Origin: an uncultured delta proteobacterium
GTDB lineage: Bacteria > Myxococcota_A > Polyangia > Fen-1088
Assembly (NCBI GenBank): GCA_963737265.1
Contig: CAVTRY010000011.1
Coordinates: forward strand, 864,001 to 928,000
DNA: 64,000 nt
Direction: 5' to 3'
The notes under the pieces are model-generated. The model was not told the origin of the DNA, searched no databases, and saw only the letters and a list, made by a program, of their open reading frames with translations. A program made the position numbers and the translations under genes. Positions 10,540-20,373 of this stretch are shown one piece after another. Every line of letters begins with the position of its first letter. The stretch's first letter is position 1.

Positions 10540-11373
10540 CTATACGCCACTGAAGGCGGAGAAGCCTCCGTCGATCGGAACGACGACTCCGGTCACGAAC
10601 TGCGATGCGGGCGACAGCAGCCACAGCGTCGCGCCTACCAAATCCTCGGGACCGCCGAATCTAGCCATCGGCGTGTGATCGATGATCTTGTTGCCCCGCG
10701 GAGTCAGACCGCCGGTTGCCTTGTCTGTCAGGAGAAAGCGATTCTGGTCGGTGAGAAAGAATCCAGGCGCAATGGCGTTGACGCGGATGCTGGGCGAATA
10801 TTCCTGCGCCAGATGCACGGCCAGCCATTGGGTGAAATTGCTCACGGCCGCCTTGGCCGCCGAATAGGCCGGAATTCTCGTCAGCGGCCGAAAGGCGTTC
10901 ATCGACGAGATGTTCAGGATGACACCTTCCTTCTGCTTGGTCATGATCCGGCCGAAAACCTGACTGGGCAGAATCGTCCCTTGCAGGTTCAAGTTCGACA
11001 CGAATTGCAGCGCATCGGCCGGAATATCGAAAAAGCTCTGCTCGGGATTGGTCGTGGCCTTGGGGTTGTTTCCGCCCGCGCCGTTGACGAGCCCGTCGAT
11101 CTTGCCGTAGCCCGCGACGATCTCGTCCGCGGCCTTCTGAATCGCTGCCTTGTCCAGCACGTCGATGAAGATCGCCCTGTGTTTTCCCTTCGTGCCAGCG
11201 AGCGTGGCCAGCGTCTTTTCGGCCAGCCCCACGTCTCTGTCCAAGATGACCAGGTTCGCATGGCAACCCGCCAAAGCCCGGGCCATTTCACCGCACAGCA
11301 CGCCACCGCCGCCGGTGACGGCAATCGTCTTTCCGCTAAAATCGTAGGCGCTGAGAAAATTCCTAGAATCCAT
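10540..11373 (-). CDS. uxuB: SDR-family D-mannonate oxidoreductase (fructuronate reductase)
   Basis: [37 protein letters not shown]. Confidence 0.8.
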   Translation of the reverse strand: MDSRNFLSAYDFSGKTIAVTGGGGVLCGEMARALAGCHANLVILDRDVGLAEKTLATLAGTKGKHRAIFIDVLDKAAIQKAADEIVAGYGKIDGLVNGAGGNNPKATTNPEQSFFDIPADALQFVSNLNLQGTILPSQVFGRIMTKQKEGVILNISSMNAFRPLTRIPAYSAAKAAVSNFTQWLAVHLAQEYSPSIRVNAIAPGFFLTDQNRFLLTDKATGGLTPRGNKIIDHTPMARFGGPEDLVGATLWLLSPASQFVTGVVVPIDGGFSAFSGV

Positions 11374-11410
11374 CGTTACTCCTGCTTGTCTTGCCGTCTG
11401 CCGGTCCGCA

Positions 11411-12670
11411 TTACACCGAGGTCCCAAGAAACAGCGGTTCGATGTGGCGCTTGAGAATATTGCTTGTCACGTGCGTCTCGATACTGTCGCGATTTGCCTT
11501 GAGGAGCCCGAGGTAGCGCGCTTGCTTCTCGGCCGCCAGGCGAAAACTGATGTGTACCATTTGGCGGAAGTGAATGTTGAAGCGCTTGCAAGCCTGGTTG
11601 TGTTCAAGCGTCTCGACGTACTCCTGGGCAGAAAATGCCTCGACCTTGTCTGGCACCGGAAGCGCCTGGCGGTCGATGGCGATGACCGCCAGATACGGTT
11701 TGGCCATTTCGTCGTAGCGGCCTAGAGCCTCGCGATAGAGCGCTTTGGCGAAAGCCAGCCCATCGCCGCCCGACGCCGCAAGGCCGATCACTTCTTCCAG
11801 CCAGGTCGTTCCCGCCGTCTTGAGGTGAAGCCCGGCATCCGCCTTCTTGATCGCCCGGTGCATGATTGGATAGAGAGAGAACTTGTCGCTGCCCGAATGG
11901 ATACTCAGCTTCAGCGATCCCGGCAGCCCGAAGGTCTTCTTGGCGAACGCCAGCACGGCCAGGTCTTCCTCGAACTCCCGCGCAAAATGCCCGCAGTCGC
12001 CCACGTAGTCGATCCCTTTCAGGAACTCGCCCGTGAACTTGGGCGCGACCGTAGCCACCGGAATGCCCTCGCGGGCGGTGGCGGCCAAGATGAAGAACAA
12101 CTCGGCCGGCGTCTGCGGCGTATTCGCTTCGTCGAACGACACCTCGGTCACGAAATTTCCCTCGCCCTTTTGCTTGGCGATATGGCGGTAAACGCGACCT
12201 GCCTCTTCGACGGCGAAGAGATACTTGGCCGCGATCTCCTTCAGCGACGCCGACGTGACGACCACCGGCTCGGCCACGCCCGAAATTCGCATCGCCCCCA
12301 CGAAACGCGCCATCTCGGCCACGTACTTGGCCATGGATTCGTCGCTGGCCGGCTTGCCGATGGCATCCGCGATGTCGATGGTGAAAAAATCGCTCACCCC
12401 GACGAACTTGTCCACGGTAGCAAGACCAATGTGGTCGGCGTCGACGAAGTAGGGATCCTGCCACTGGCAAGACTTCACGGCGCTGTCGGCCTCGGCACGC
12501 ACGTCTTCCGGTCGCGTCCCGATGAGGGAATGTTCGCGGTTGGATTTGTTCCACACCGGCGCGATCGTGATGCCCCTATCCTTGGCAACTTGAAACGCCC
12601 GCAGCTGCGCCGGCCCTTCGAGGCCGAACCTGTCGCCAATCCCCATCGAGTACTTTGAGATAGTCGTCAT
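11411..12670 (-). CDS. uxaE: Tagaturonate/fructuronate epimerase
   Basis: GIGDRFG, FVDADHI, EVSFDE, KGIDYVGD, KLSIHSGSDKFS, HLKTAGTTWLE. Confidence 0.88.
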   Translation of the reverse strand: MTTISKYSMGIGDRFGLEGPAQLRAFQVAKDRGITIAPVWNKSNREHSLIGTRPEDVRAEADSAVKSCQWQDPYFVDADHIGLATVDKFVGVSDFFTIDIADAIGKPASDESMAKYVAEMARFVGAMRISGVAEPVVVTSASLKEIAAKYLFAVEEAGRVYRHIAKQKGEGNFVTEVSFDEANTPQTPAELFFILAATAREGIPVATVAPKFTGEFLKGIDYVGDCGHFAREFEEDLAVLAFAKKTFGLPGSLKLSIHSGSDKFSLYPIMHRAIKKADAGLHLKTAGTTWLEEVIGLAASGGDGLAFAKALYREALGRYDEMAKPYLAVIAIDRQALPVPDKVEAFSAQEYVETLEHNQACKRFNIHFRQMVHISFRLAAEKQARYLGLLKANRDSIETHVTSNILKRHIEPLFLGTSV

Positions 12671-12917
12671 CTTTTGCGCCCGCAGTGAAAAACTGGAACA
12701 AATATGGCTCAGCTGTGTCGTGCGAGCCAGCCCATGCGAGGTTAGGTCTTTGGCACTCGCCCCGATTTGCGGAAGGCAGATTCCTCGCGCGGAACCTGTC
12801 GTGTCAAGTGCGAACGCATGAAGGTTTGCGATTGCGTTGCAGATGGTCGCACACCAGGTCGCCACGACGCGACATCCCCTTTCTTCCCAGAAAGCTATCA
12901 AGTAGCCTCACCACGCC

Positions 12918-14339
12918 ATGAAGCCCTTCCTCGACGACAACTTCTTGCTCGACAACAAGACGGCCGAGCGCCTGTTCCACGACTACGCCAAGGATCAGCC
13001 TATCATCGACTACCACTGCCACCTGCCACCCGACCAGATCGCGGCCAATCACCGATTTTCCACGCTTACGCAAATCTGGCTCAACGGCGACCACTACAAA
13101 TGGCGAGCCATGCGGTCGAACGGCGTATCCGAGCGCTATTGCACCGGCGATGCAAGCGACTGGGAAAAATTCGAGATGTGGGCCAGCACGGTGCCCTACA
13201 CCCTCCGCAATCCGCTCTACCATTGGACCCACCTCGAGCTGAGGAATCCTTTCGGTGTCACCGGCAAACTCCTCAACCCGGCCACCGCGCGTGAAATCTA
13301 CGACCACTGCAACCGCAAGCTTGCGCAAGATGATTTCACGACCCAGGGCTTGCTCAAGCATTTCGGCGTCCTGGTCGTCTGCTCAACCGACGATCCCGTG
13401 GACGCGCTGGACGCACACCAGAGACACGCGAAAAATGCCGACGCCACGACCCGGCTCCTGCCAACCTGGCGCCCCGACAAGGCCATGGCCTTGTCCGACC
13501 TTGCCGGATGGAATCTCTGGGTGGACGGGCTGCAGGCGGTCTCCGGCGTGGACATCGCATCGTTCGAAGACCTGCTGGTCGCGCTCGCCAAGCGGCAGGC
13601 TTTCTTTCACCAATTAGGCTGCCGCGTGAGCGACCACGGCCTTGACCAGATCTGGGCCGATCCATACACGCCCAAGCAGATCGACGCTATCTTCGCCAAG
13701 GCGCGGGCCAAGCAGCCGCTCTCGCCGGTCGAAGAAGCCCAGTTTCGTTCGGCCATGCTGTACGAGCTTGCCGTGATGGATCACGCGCGCGGCTGGACCC
13801 AGCAGTTCCACCTAGGGGCCATGCGCAACAACAGCACGCGAATGATGCGCAGCCTGGGGCCCGACACTGGCTTCGATTCCATCGGCGACTACCCGCAGGC
13901 GTTTGCCCTCGGGCGCCTGCTCGACCGCTTGGATTCCACCAACCAGCTATGCAAGACCATCCTTTACAATCTCAATCCCGCCGACAACGAAGTCATCGCC
14001 ACGATGCTGGGCAACTTCCAAGACGGATCGTTCCCAGGCAAAATCCAGCTCGGCTCGGCATGGTGGTTCATGGATCAGAAGGACGGAATGGAACGCCAAT
14101 TGAATGCCCTCTCCGCTCTTGGCCTACTTTCTCGCTTTGTCGGCATGCTGACCGACTCGCGAAGCTTTCTCTCGTACTCGCGCCACGAGTACTTCCGCCG
14201 CTTGCTATGCAACCTTCTCGGCCAGGACGTGGAGAACGGACTCATTCCCCACGACTTGGAATTGGTGGGCAACATGGTGCGCGACATCTGCTTCCGCAAT
14301 GCCCGTGCCTATTTCGGCTTTTTCGCCGAAACCACGTAG
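12918..14339 (+). CDS. uxaC: Glucuronate/uronate isomerase
   Basis: IIDYHCHL, GDHYKWRAMR, NPLYHWTHLEL, GMLTDSRSFLSYSRHEYFRR. Confidence 0.95.
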   Translation: MKPFLDDNFLLDNKTAERLFHDYAKDQPIIDYHCHLPPDQIAANHRFSTLTQIWLNGDHYKWRAMRSNGVSERYCTGDASDWEKFEMWASTVPYTLRNPLYHWTHLELRNPFGVTGKLLNPATAREIYDHCNRKLAQDDFTTQGLLKHFGVLVVCSTDDPVDALDAHQRHAKNADATTRLLPTWRPDKAMALSDLAGWNLWVDGLQAVSGVDIASFEDLLVALAKRQAFFHQLGCRVSDHGLDQIWADPYTPKQIDAIFAKARAKQPLSPVEEAQFRSAMLYELAVMDHARGWTQQFHLGAMRNNSTRMMRSLGPDTGFDSIGDYPQAFALGRLLDRLDSTNQLCKTILYNLNPADNEVIATMLGNFQDGSFPGKIQLGSAWWFMDQKDGMERQLNALSALGLLSRFVGMLTDSRSFLSYSRHEYFRRLLCNLLGQDVENGLIPHDLELVGNMVRDICFRNARAYFGFFAETT

Positions 14340-14404
14340 GCTAGCTCGACTCGCCCTTTGTGGATTTTCTGTAAGGTTGAAGGACGTCACGCTACCGGTC
14401 GACG

Positions 14405-14806
14405 TTGTCCCCGATCATGCGCAAATTGCCGCCCCCCGTCTCTGTGCCCGAGAAAGACTCGCGCGGAGCCAGGTCCGACAAGGCCCCCGAGCTGGGTGCG
14501 GAGGAGTCGCTTGCCCTTGCCGATTTGTACGGTCTCTGCTTGGGTTCCGTGCGCCTGCAGCCCATCCCAGGGCCCCCTGGACGGCTTCAATTGCAGCTGC
14601 GAGGCTGGGACCTGGATCTGCCATATTCGGTCCCAGGGTTGGGGATATGCATGCCGTGTCCGAGCGCCGACGCCGCGCCAGATCAATCGACGGCCGAGCT
14701 TCCGCTCGGCACTGGCCTCGTCGACGGCGGCACGGACGACGGGCGATCCCCTGAGTCGGCTCCCGCACCGATTCGATTCTTTCAGGGCGCTCATCACAAA
14801 TGGTAG
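14405..14806 (+). CDS. Hypothetical protein
   Basis: Only ORF that fills the uxaC-alaS gap on the same strand; no motif recognised; start uncertain. Confidence 0.35.
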   Translation: MSPIMRKLPPPVSVPEKDSRGARSDKAPELGAEESLALADLYGLCLGSVRLQPIPGPPGRLQLQLRGWDLDLPYSVPGLGICMPCPSADAAPDQSTAELPLGTGLVDGGTDDGRSPESAPAPIRFFQGAHHKW

Positions 14807-14818
14807 TCTCCGCGCCCA

Positions 14819-17500
14819 ATGTCTGACCGAGCATCGAAGAAAATTCGCCGCGCATTTCTCGATTACTTCGTAGGCAAGGGCCACGAAGAAATCGCCAGCT
14901 CGTCGCTGGTTCCCGCCAACGATCCGACGCTGATGTTCGCCAATGCGGGCATGAACCAGTTCAAAGACGTCTTCACCGGCAAGACGAGGCGCACGATCCC
15001 GCGCGCCACCAGCGCGCAAAAATGCGTCCGGGCCGGCGGCAAGCACAACGACCTGGAAAACGTGGGCCGCACGGCGCGCCACCACACGTTTTTCGAGATG
15101 CTCGGCAACTTTTCCTTCGGCGACTACTTCAAGGCCGACGCCATCGCCTTCGCACACGAGCTCTTGGCCAAGAACCTCGGCATCGATCAGCGCCGCCTGG
15201 TCTACACCGTCCACCACACCGACGACGAGGCGCGCGCGCTGTGGAAGAAGGTCACAGGCGTCGAGGATTCGCGCGTCGTGGGCCTGGGCGACAAGGACAA
15301 CTTCTGGGCCATGGGCGAAACCGGTCCGTGCGGCCCGTGCAGCGAAATCCATTTCCACCAAGGCGACGACATTCCCTGCCCCGAAGTGACGGCGGGCAAT
15401 GCCTGTCAGGGGCCGGCGTGCGACTGCGACCGCTGGATCGAAATCTGGAACCTGGTCTTCATGCAGTTCGAGCAGCTGCCCGATCGCACGCGGCGGCCAC
15501 TGCCCAAGCCCTCGGTCGACACCGGCATGGGTCTCGAACGCCTGTGTGCCGTCATCGGCGGCTTCCGCTCGAACTACGAAACCGATCTCTTGCGCCCGCT
15601 CATCGCCGAGGTCGAAACCTTGACCGGTAAGTCCTTCGCTCCCGCCGACTACACGCCGGGATCGACAGCCGTCTCCATGCGCGCCATCGCGGATCACGCG
15701 CGCTCGGCGGCCTTCCTCATCGCCGACGGCGTCTTTCCCGAAAAAACCGGGCGCGAATACGTCCTGCGCCGGATCATGAGGCGCGCCATCTACCACGGCT
15801 GGCTGCTCGGCATCGACAAACCCTTCTTGGCCGGACTCACCGGTCGCGTGATCGAGGAGCTCGGCGATGCCTATGCCGAGCTCGTCGAACGCCGCAACCT
15901 CATCCTCGAAGTCACCGACCTCGAAGAGAGGCGCTTTCGTGAAACCCTCGAACGCGGCATGCGCATTCTCGACGAGGAAGCCGGAAAGCTCACTGGCAAA
16001 GTCATTCCCGGCGCGATCGCCTTCAAGCTCTACGACACCTTCGGCTTTCCCATGGATCTCACGCGCGTGATCGCCACCGGCCGCGGGCTGGACGTGGACG
16101 AGGCCGGTTTCGAAGAGGCCATGGCGGAACAGCGTAAGCGCGCTGACTTCACGGGCTCGGGCGAAGTAGCCGTCGACGCCATCTTCCAGACCATCTTGAG
16201 CCGCGTGGGCGCCACCCAATTCCTGGGTTACGCAGCAACGCGAACAAGCAGTGAAATCGTAGCGCTGGTGGCGGACGGCAAGGAAGTCGAGAGCGTCGCC
16301 GCCGGGCACCACGGCAGCGTGGCCGTGATCTGTCGTGCAACGCCCTTCTACGGCGAGCAAGGCGGCCAGGTCGGCGACCAAGGCACGGGCAAAGGGCCGC
16401 GAGGCGCCTTCAAGGTCAACGACACCAAACGACCGCTCTCCACGCTCTACGTGCACATCGGAGAAGTCACTCAGGGTAGCCTCGCGCTGGGCGACGCCCT
16501 CGATTTGGAAATCGACGTCGAGCGCCGCGACGCCATTCGCCGCAATCACTCGGCCACGCACCTTTTACATTGGGCACTGCGCACCGTGCTCGGCGCCCAC
16601 GTCGCCCAAAAAGGATCCTTGGTCACTCCCGATCGCCTGCGTTTCGACTTCTCTCACCTGGCGCCCATGTCGCTGGAAGAGCGGCGACGGGTGGAAGATC
16701 TCGCCAACCAGCGCGTCCTGCGCAACTTGCCGGTGGAAACCGCGGTGTTACCCATCGCCGAAGCCAAGCAGGCCGGTGCAGTCGCCTTTTTCGGCGAGAA
16801 GTACGGTGACACGGTTCGCGTGCTGACCATGGGCGAATCCAAGGAGTTCTGCGGCGGCACGCATGCCAGCCGCACCGGCGACATTGGACTCATCAAGATC
16901 GTCGAGGAATCGGGCGTCGCTCAAGGAGTGCGCCGCATGGAGGCCGTGACGGGTACGGGCGCCGTGGAATACGTGCGCCGGCTTGAAGACGAGCTGGGCC
17001 AGGCCGCGGAGGCGTTCCGGTCGAGTCCGCTCGACGTCGCGAACCGCGTCGCCAGGCAGGCCGCCGAGCTGCGTGAGCGCGAGAAGGAAATCGCCAAGCT
17101 CAAGGGCCAAATCGCCTCGGGTGGCTCACGCGACCCGCTGGCGAGCCGAGAACAAGTCGGTCCCTTCTTTCTACTCGTGCACGACGTGGGCGTTGCGGAT
17201 CCCAAGATCATTCGCGAAAGCGCGGACAAGCTGCGTCCGCGCATGGATCCCGGCGTGCTGGTCCTGACCGGTGCTGCCGACGGCAAGGTGGCAATCGTCT
17301 GCGCGGTCACGCCCGGCGCGCAAGCCAAGCTACAAGCCGGCGCCATCGTCGCGATGTTGGCCAAGGATTTGGGCGGCAAGGGTGGCGGGCGCGCCGACAT
17401 GGCCCAAGGTGGCGGCGCCCTGCCCGCCGGCAGCTCCCTGGCCGACGTCATCGAACGATGGACCGGCAAGCTGCGCGAGCATCTGGCCGCCGCCAAGTGA
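14819..17500 (+). CDS. alaS: Alanine--tRNA ligase
   Basis: NAGMNQFK, RHHTFFEMLGNFSFGDYFK, DTGMGLER, HSATH, EFCGGTH, GGKGGGRADMAQGGG. Confidence 0.97.
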   Translation: MSDRASKKIRRAFLDYFVGKGHEEIASSSLVPANDPTLMFANAGMNQFKDVFTGKTRRTIPRATSAQKCVRAGGKHNDLENVGRTARHHTFFEMLGNFSFGDYFKADAIAFAHELLAKNLGIDQRRLVYTVHHTDDEARALWKKVTGVEDSRVVGLGDKDNFWAMGETGPCGPCSEIHFHQGDDIPCPEVTAGNACQGPACDCDRWIEIWNLVFMQFEQLPDRTRRPLPKPSVDTGMGLERLCAVIGGFRSNYETDLLRPLIAEVETLTGKSFAPADYTPGSTAVSMRAIADHARSAAFLIADGVFPEKTGREYVLRRIMRRAIYHGWLLGIDKPFLAGLTGRVIEELGDAYAELVERRNLILEVTDLEERRFRETLERGMRILDEEAGKLTGKVIPGAIAFKLYDTFGFPMDLTRVIATGRGLDVDEAGFEEAMAEQRKRADFTGSGEVAVDAIFQTILSRVGATQFLGYAATRTSSEIVALVADGKEVESVAAGHHGSVAVICRATPFYGEQGGQVGDQGTGKGPRGAFKVNDTKRPLSTLYVHIGEVTQGSLALGDALDLEIDVERRDAIRRNHSATHLLHWALRTVLGAHVAQKGSLVTPDRLRFDFSHLAPMSLEERRRVEDLANQRVLRNLPVETAVLPIAEAKQAGAVAFFGEKYGDTVRVLTMGESKEFCGGTHASRTGDIGLIKIVEESGVAQGVRRMEAVTGTGAVEYVRRLEDELGQAAEAFRSSPLDVANRVARQAAELREREKEIAKLKGQIASGGSRDPLASREQVGPFFLLVHDVGVADPKIIRESADKLRPRMDPGVLVLTGAADGKVAIVCAVTPGAQAKLQAGAIVAMLAKDLGGKGGGRADMAQGGGALPAGSSLADVIERWTGKLREHLAAAK

Positions 17501-17557
17501 TGCCGACCCATCCCGTGCTTCGCCATCCCGCGCGCATCCTCCGATAACCGGCTTACG

Positions 17558-18394
17558 ATGTTCGATCCGGCCGTCAAAGCATCGCTCGCCGCCGTAGCCC
17601 AAGCCATGCGGCAGAAGATCCCCGATCCGGCTGCCCTGCCCGACTTCGGTTTCGACCCCGAGTTCCTAAAGAAGACCGCCCCGCTCCTCGAATTTCTTTG
17701 GTCTAGGTATTTCCGTGTCAGCCTGACCGGCATGGAACATGTTCCGCCGACCGGCTCGGCGCTGCTGGTGGCCAATCATTCGGGCGGCCTGCCCTACGAC
17801 GGTGCGATGCTGATGCACGCCACGCACCGCTACCATCCGGCGGCGCGGCCTTTGCGGCCACTGGTCGCCAACTTCGCCTTTAAGTCGTCGTGGATACGGC
17901 CGGTGGTGGCCCGCGCAGGTGGCGTGCGGGCATCGATGCAGAATGCCTTGACCCTCTGCAACCAGGGCCAGCTTGTCGGAGCGTTCCCCGAAGGCTTGCG
18001 CGGGGTGGGCAAGCTTTACCGCGAGCGCTATCGCCTGACGCATTTTGGCCGCGGTGGCTTTGTGCGCCTCGCGCGCGCGGCCAACGTCCCAATCATTCCC
18101 GTCGCCATCGTGGGCGCGGAAGAAACCCACCCCGTGCTGGCGAAACTGACACGCCTGGCGCAGCCGCTCGGCCTGCCCTACATCCCAATTACACCGACCT
18201 TCCCTTTGCTTGGACCGCTCGGTCTGCTGCCCGTCCCGACCAAGTGGAGCATCAGGATAGGCGAGCCGATGCAGATTCCGCCGTCTGGGGATCCCAAGCA
18301 AGACATGCTGGAGGTAGCCGAAGCTGTTCGCAGCAGGCTGGACCACATGATAGCCGAGCTCCTCGTTGCGCGACGCTCGATTATTTTCGGCTGA
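17558..18394 (+). CDS. Lysophospholipid/glycerol acyltransferase family protein
   Basis: ANHSGGLPYD (HxxxxD) and FPEG motifs. Confidence 0.85.
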   Translation: MFDPAVKASLAAVAQAMRQKIPDPAALPDFGFDPEFLKKTAPLLEFLWSRYFRVSLTGMEHVPPTGSALLVANHSGGLPYDGAMLMHATHRYHPAARPLRPLVANFAFKSSWIRPVVARAGGVRASMQNALTLCNQGQLVGAFPEGLRGVGKLYRERYRLTHFGRGGFVRLARAANVPIIPVAIVGAEETHPVLAKLTRLAQPLGLPYIPITPTFPLLGPLGLLPVPTKWSIRIGEPMQIPPSGDPKQDMLEVAEAVRSRLDHMIAELLVARRSIIFG

Positions 18395-18569
18395 GCCAGT
18401 CTTTTCGCAACGTTTTCTCGGATGGTTTTGCCTCGCCGCCGTTGTCTAATTCATGACGAACCTGGGAAAAAGTGAAAGAAGCCTGCGGCTTGACGGGCTG
18501 TCCGAATTGTCAGAAGCTATCGCCATACTTCCCTAAGCGAACAGCGTGGTTGTTTCAGCTACAGGTCCA

Positions 18570-20207
18570 ATGATTGCGGTCGGCCAAACGATCGGTAACT
18601 ACAACATTACCGCCAAGCTTGGTGAAGGAGGCATGGGTGTCGTCTATCTGGCGGAGCATCCGGTCATCGGCCGCAAGGTTGCCCTCAAGGCGATCCATCC
18701 CGAGCTTTCGCGCAATCCCGAGGTCGTCTCGCGCTTCGTAACCGAGGCCAAGTCGGTCAACCAGATCGGCAACGAGCACATCGTGGATATCCACGATTTC
18801 GGCAATACCTCCGACGGCGAATTCTACTTCATCATGGAGTTTCTCCAGGGCGAGGCACTCTCGGATCGCTTGAAACGCAGCGCGCCGCTCGACGTCAGAC
18901 GCGCCCTTGCAATCGCGGTGCAGGTGACGGATGCCCTCGGCGCCTCGCACCAGCACGGCATTATCCACCGCGATCTCAAGCCCGAGAATATCTATCTCAT
19001 CACCAAGGGTCACGTCCCCGACTTCGTGAAGGTGCTCGACTTCGGTCTGGCCAAGCTGACCATGGGCGACGACAAGGTCAGCCACAAGACACGCACGGGT
19101 TCGGTGATGGGAACGCCGTACTACATGGCGCCCGAACAGTGCGAAGGCAAGGCCAACATCGATCACCGCGCCGACATCTACTCGCTCGGTGTCATTCTGT
19201 TTGAAATGCTGACCGGGAAAGTCCCCTTCGGCGGCGAGGGCTATGGCGAAATCATCGTCAAGCACATCACCAGCGCCGTCCCCTCTCCGCGCGCCATCAA
19301 CCCCCTCCTTCCGCATTCCCTCGAAGCTATTACCCTACGCGCGCTGGCCAAGTCGCGCGAACAGCGCTTCCAGACCATGGAAGAATTCGCCACGGCGCTG
19401 CTGGACCCCGAAAGGTACGCGGCGTCCGCTCCCCATCTCAACGCCACCGTCCTGTCCGTTCCGGCTAGCCAACTCATGGATGTGGCGGAAGCAGACCTGC
19501 CCGACGGTGCGGCCAGTGGGGCGAGCGGTCAGGTCGGGCGCCGCAATCCGGGAGGCACGCTGGCGGGGAACCACAGCCAGGACGTGGGCGCCCACCCTTC
19601 CCCGATGCCATCCACGTTTCGCCGTGCAACCGGCGAGATAGTAGGCGCCGACGATCTTGACGTTGCGGCCAAGCCGCGCCGAACGGGGCTCGTCGCCGCG
19701 ATCGTGGGTGCCGCGGTGATAGCCGGGCTGGCGGCGTACTATTTCACCCAGAAGCCACCGACCTCGACGAGCCCGCCGTCCCAGCCAATCGCCGCCACCG
19801 TTCCTTCGGTCGCGCCGGCGCCAAAAATGGTGAAGCTGAATTTCAAATCCGACCCCTCCGGAGCGGCCGTTCGGCGTCAAGACACAAACGAGCAAATCGG
19901 AATTACGCCGTTCGATGAAGAGCTTCCAACCGGCCAAACCGCCATCGTTTTCCTGTTCAGGAAAGAAAACTTTCGCGACAGGGCTGAATCCTACGTCCCC
20001 ACCCAATCGGGACAACTGGAGGTTGCTCTTCTACCCAATCCGCCGTCGCCTGCGGCGGAGCCGGCTGCGCCGCGAGTTGAAACGAAGCCGTCCTCAAGAT
20101 CCCCGGCCGCCCGGACTAGCGGAGACGGGCGCCACAAGGCGGGCGCTGGCCGTGGCCACCACACTCGAGCGATGGACGAAGACGGCGTCCTACCGCCATC
20201 GTTCTAG
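18570..20207 (+). CDS. Membrane Hanks-type Ser/Thr protein kinase with C-terminal PEGA-like domain
   Basis: LGEGGMGVVY, HRDLKPEN, DFG, GTPYYMAPE; one TM helix; SDPSGA..IGITP. Confidence 0.92.
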   Translation: MIAVGQTIGNYNITAKLGEGGMGVVYLAEHPVIGRKVALKAIHPELSRNPEVVSRFVTEAKSVNQIGNEHIVDIHDFGNTSDGEFYFIMEFLQGEALSDRLKRSAPLDVRRALAIAVQVTDALGASHQHGIIHRDLKPENIYLITKGHVPDFVKVLDFGLAKLTMGDDKVSHKTRTGSVMGTPYYMAPEQCEGKANIDHRADIYSLGVILFEMLTGKVPFGGEGYGEIIVKHITSAVPSPRAINPLLPHSLEAITLRALAKSREQRFQTMEEFATALLDPERYAASAPHLNATVLSVPASQLMDVAEADLPDGAASGASGQVGRRNPGGTLAGNHSQDVGAHPSPMPSTFRRATGEIVGADDLDVAAKPRRTGLVAAIVGAAVIAGLAAYYFTQKPPTSTSPPSQPIAATVPSVAPAPKMVKLNFKSDPSGAAVRRQDTNEQIGITPFDEELPTGQTAIVFLFRKENFRDRAESYVPTQSGQLEVALLPNPPSPAAEPAAPRVETKPSSRSPAARTSGDGRHKAGAGRGHHTRAMDEDGVLPPSF

Positions 20208-20242
20208 CCATCCGACGCGCCCGCTATCTTGCATTTGTGCCA

Positions 20243-20270
20243 TTGACAGCAGCCGGGTTTGCGATTATCT
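20243..20270 (+). promoter_or_regulatory. Putative sigma70 promoter of tRNA-Val
   Basis: Perfect TTGACA at 20243-20248; only a weak -10 candidate (TTATCT). Confidence 0.35.
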
Positions 20271-20283
20271 GCAAGGGACCCTT

Positions 20284-20355
20284 GGGCGTTTAACTCAGCG
20301 GAAGAGTGCCACCTTCACACGGTGGAAGCCGCAGGTTCAATCCCTGCAACGCCCA
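20284..20355 (+). tRNA. tRNA-Val(CAC)
   Basis: Acceptor stem GGGCGTT/AACGCCC, anticodon arm CCACC-TTCACAC-GGTGG, T-arm GCAGG-TTCAATC-CCTGC; CCA not encoded. Confidence 0.95.
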
Positions 20356-20357
20356 CA
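20314..20357 (+). repeat. att core, tRNA-proximal copy (44 bp)
   Basis: TTCACACGGTGGAAGCCGCAGGTTCAATCCCTGCAACGCCCACA, identical to 51549-51592. Confidence 0.95.
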
Positions 20358-20373
20358 AGCTAAGTTACTGGAA

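Noticed and set aside
14387-16561. 724-aa minus-strand ORF and similar long antisense ORFs (e.g. 1831-3063, 33883-35241)
   Set aside because: Shadow frames opposite well-supported genes, expected from high-GC codon bias
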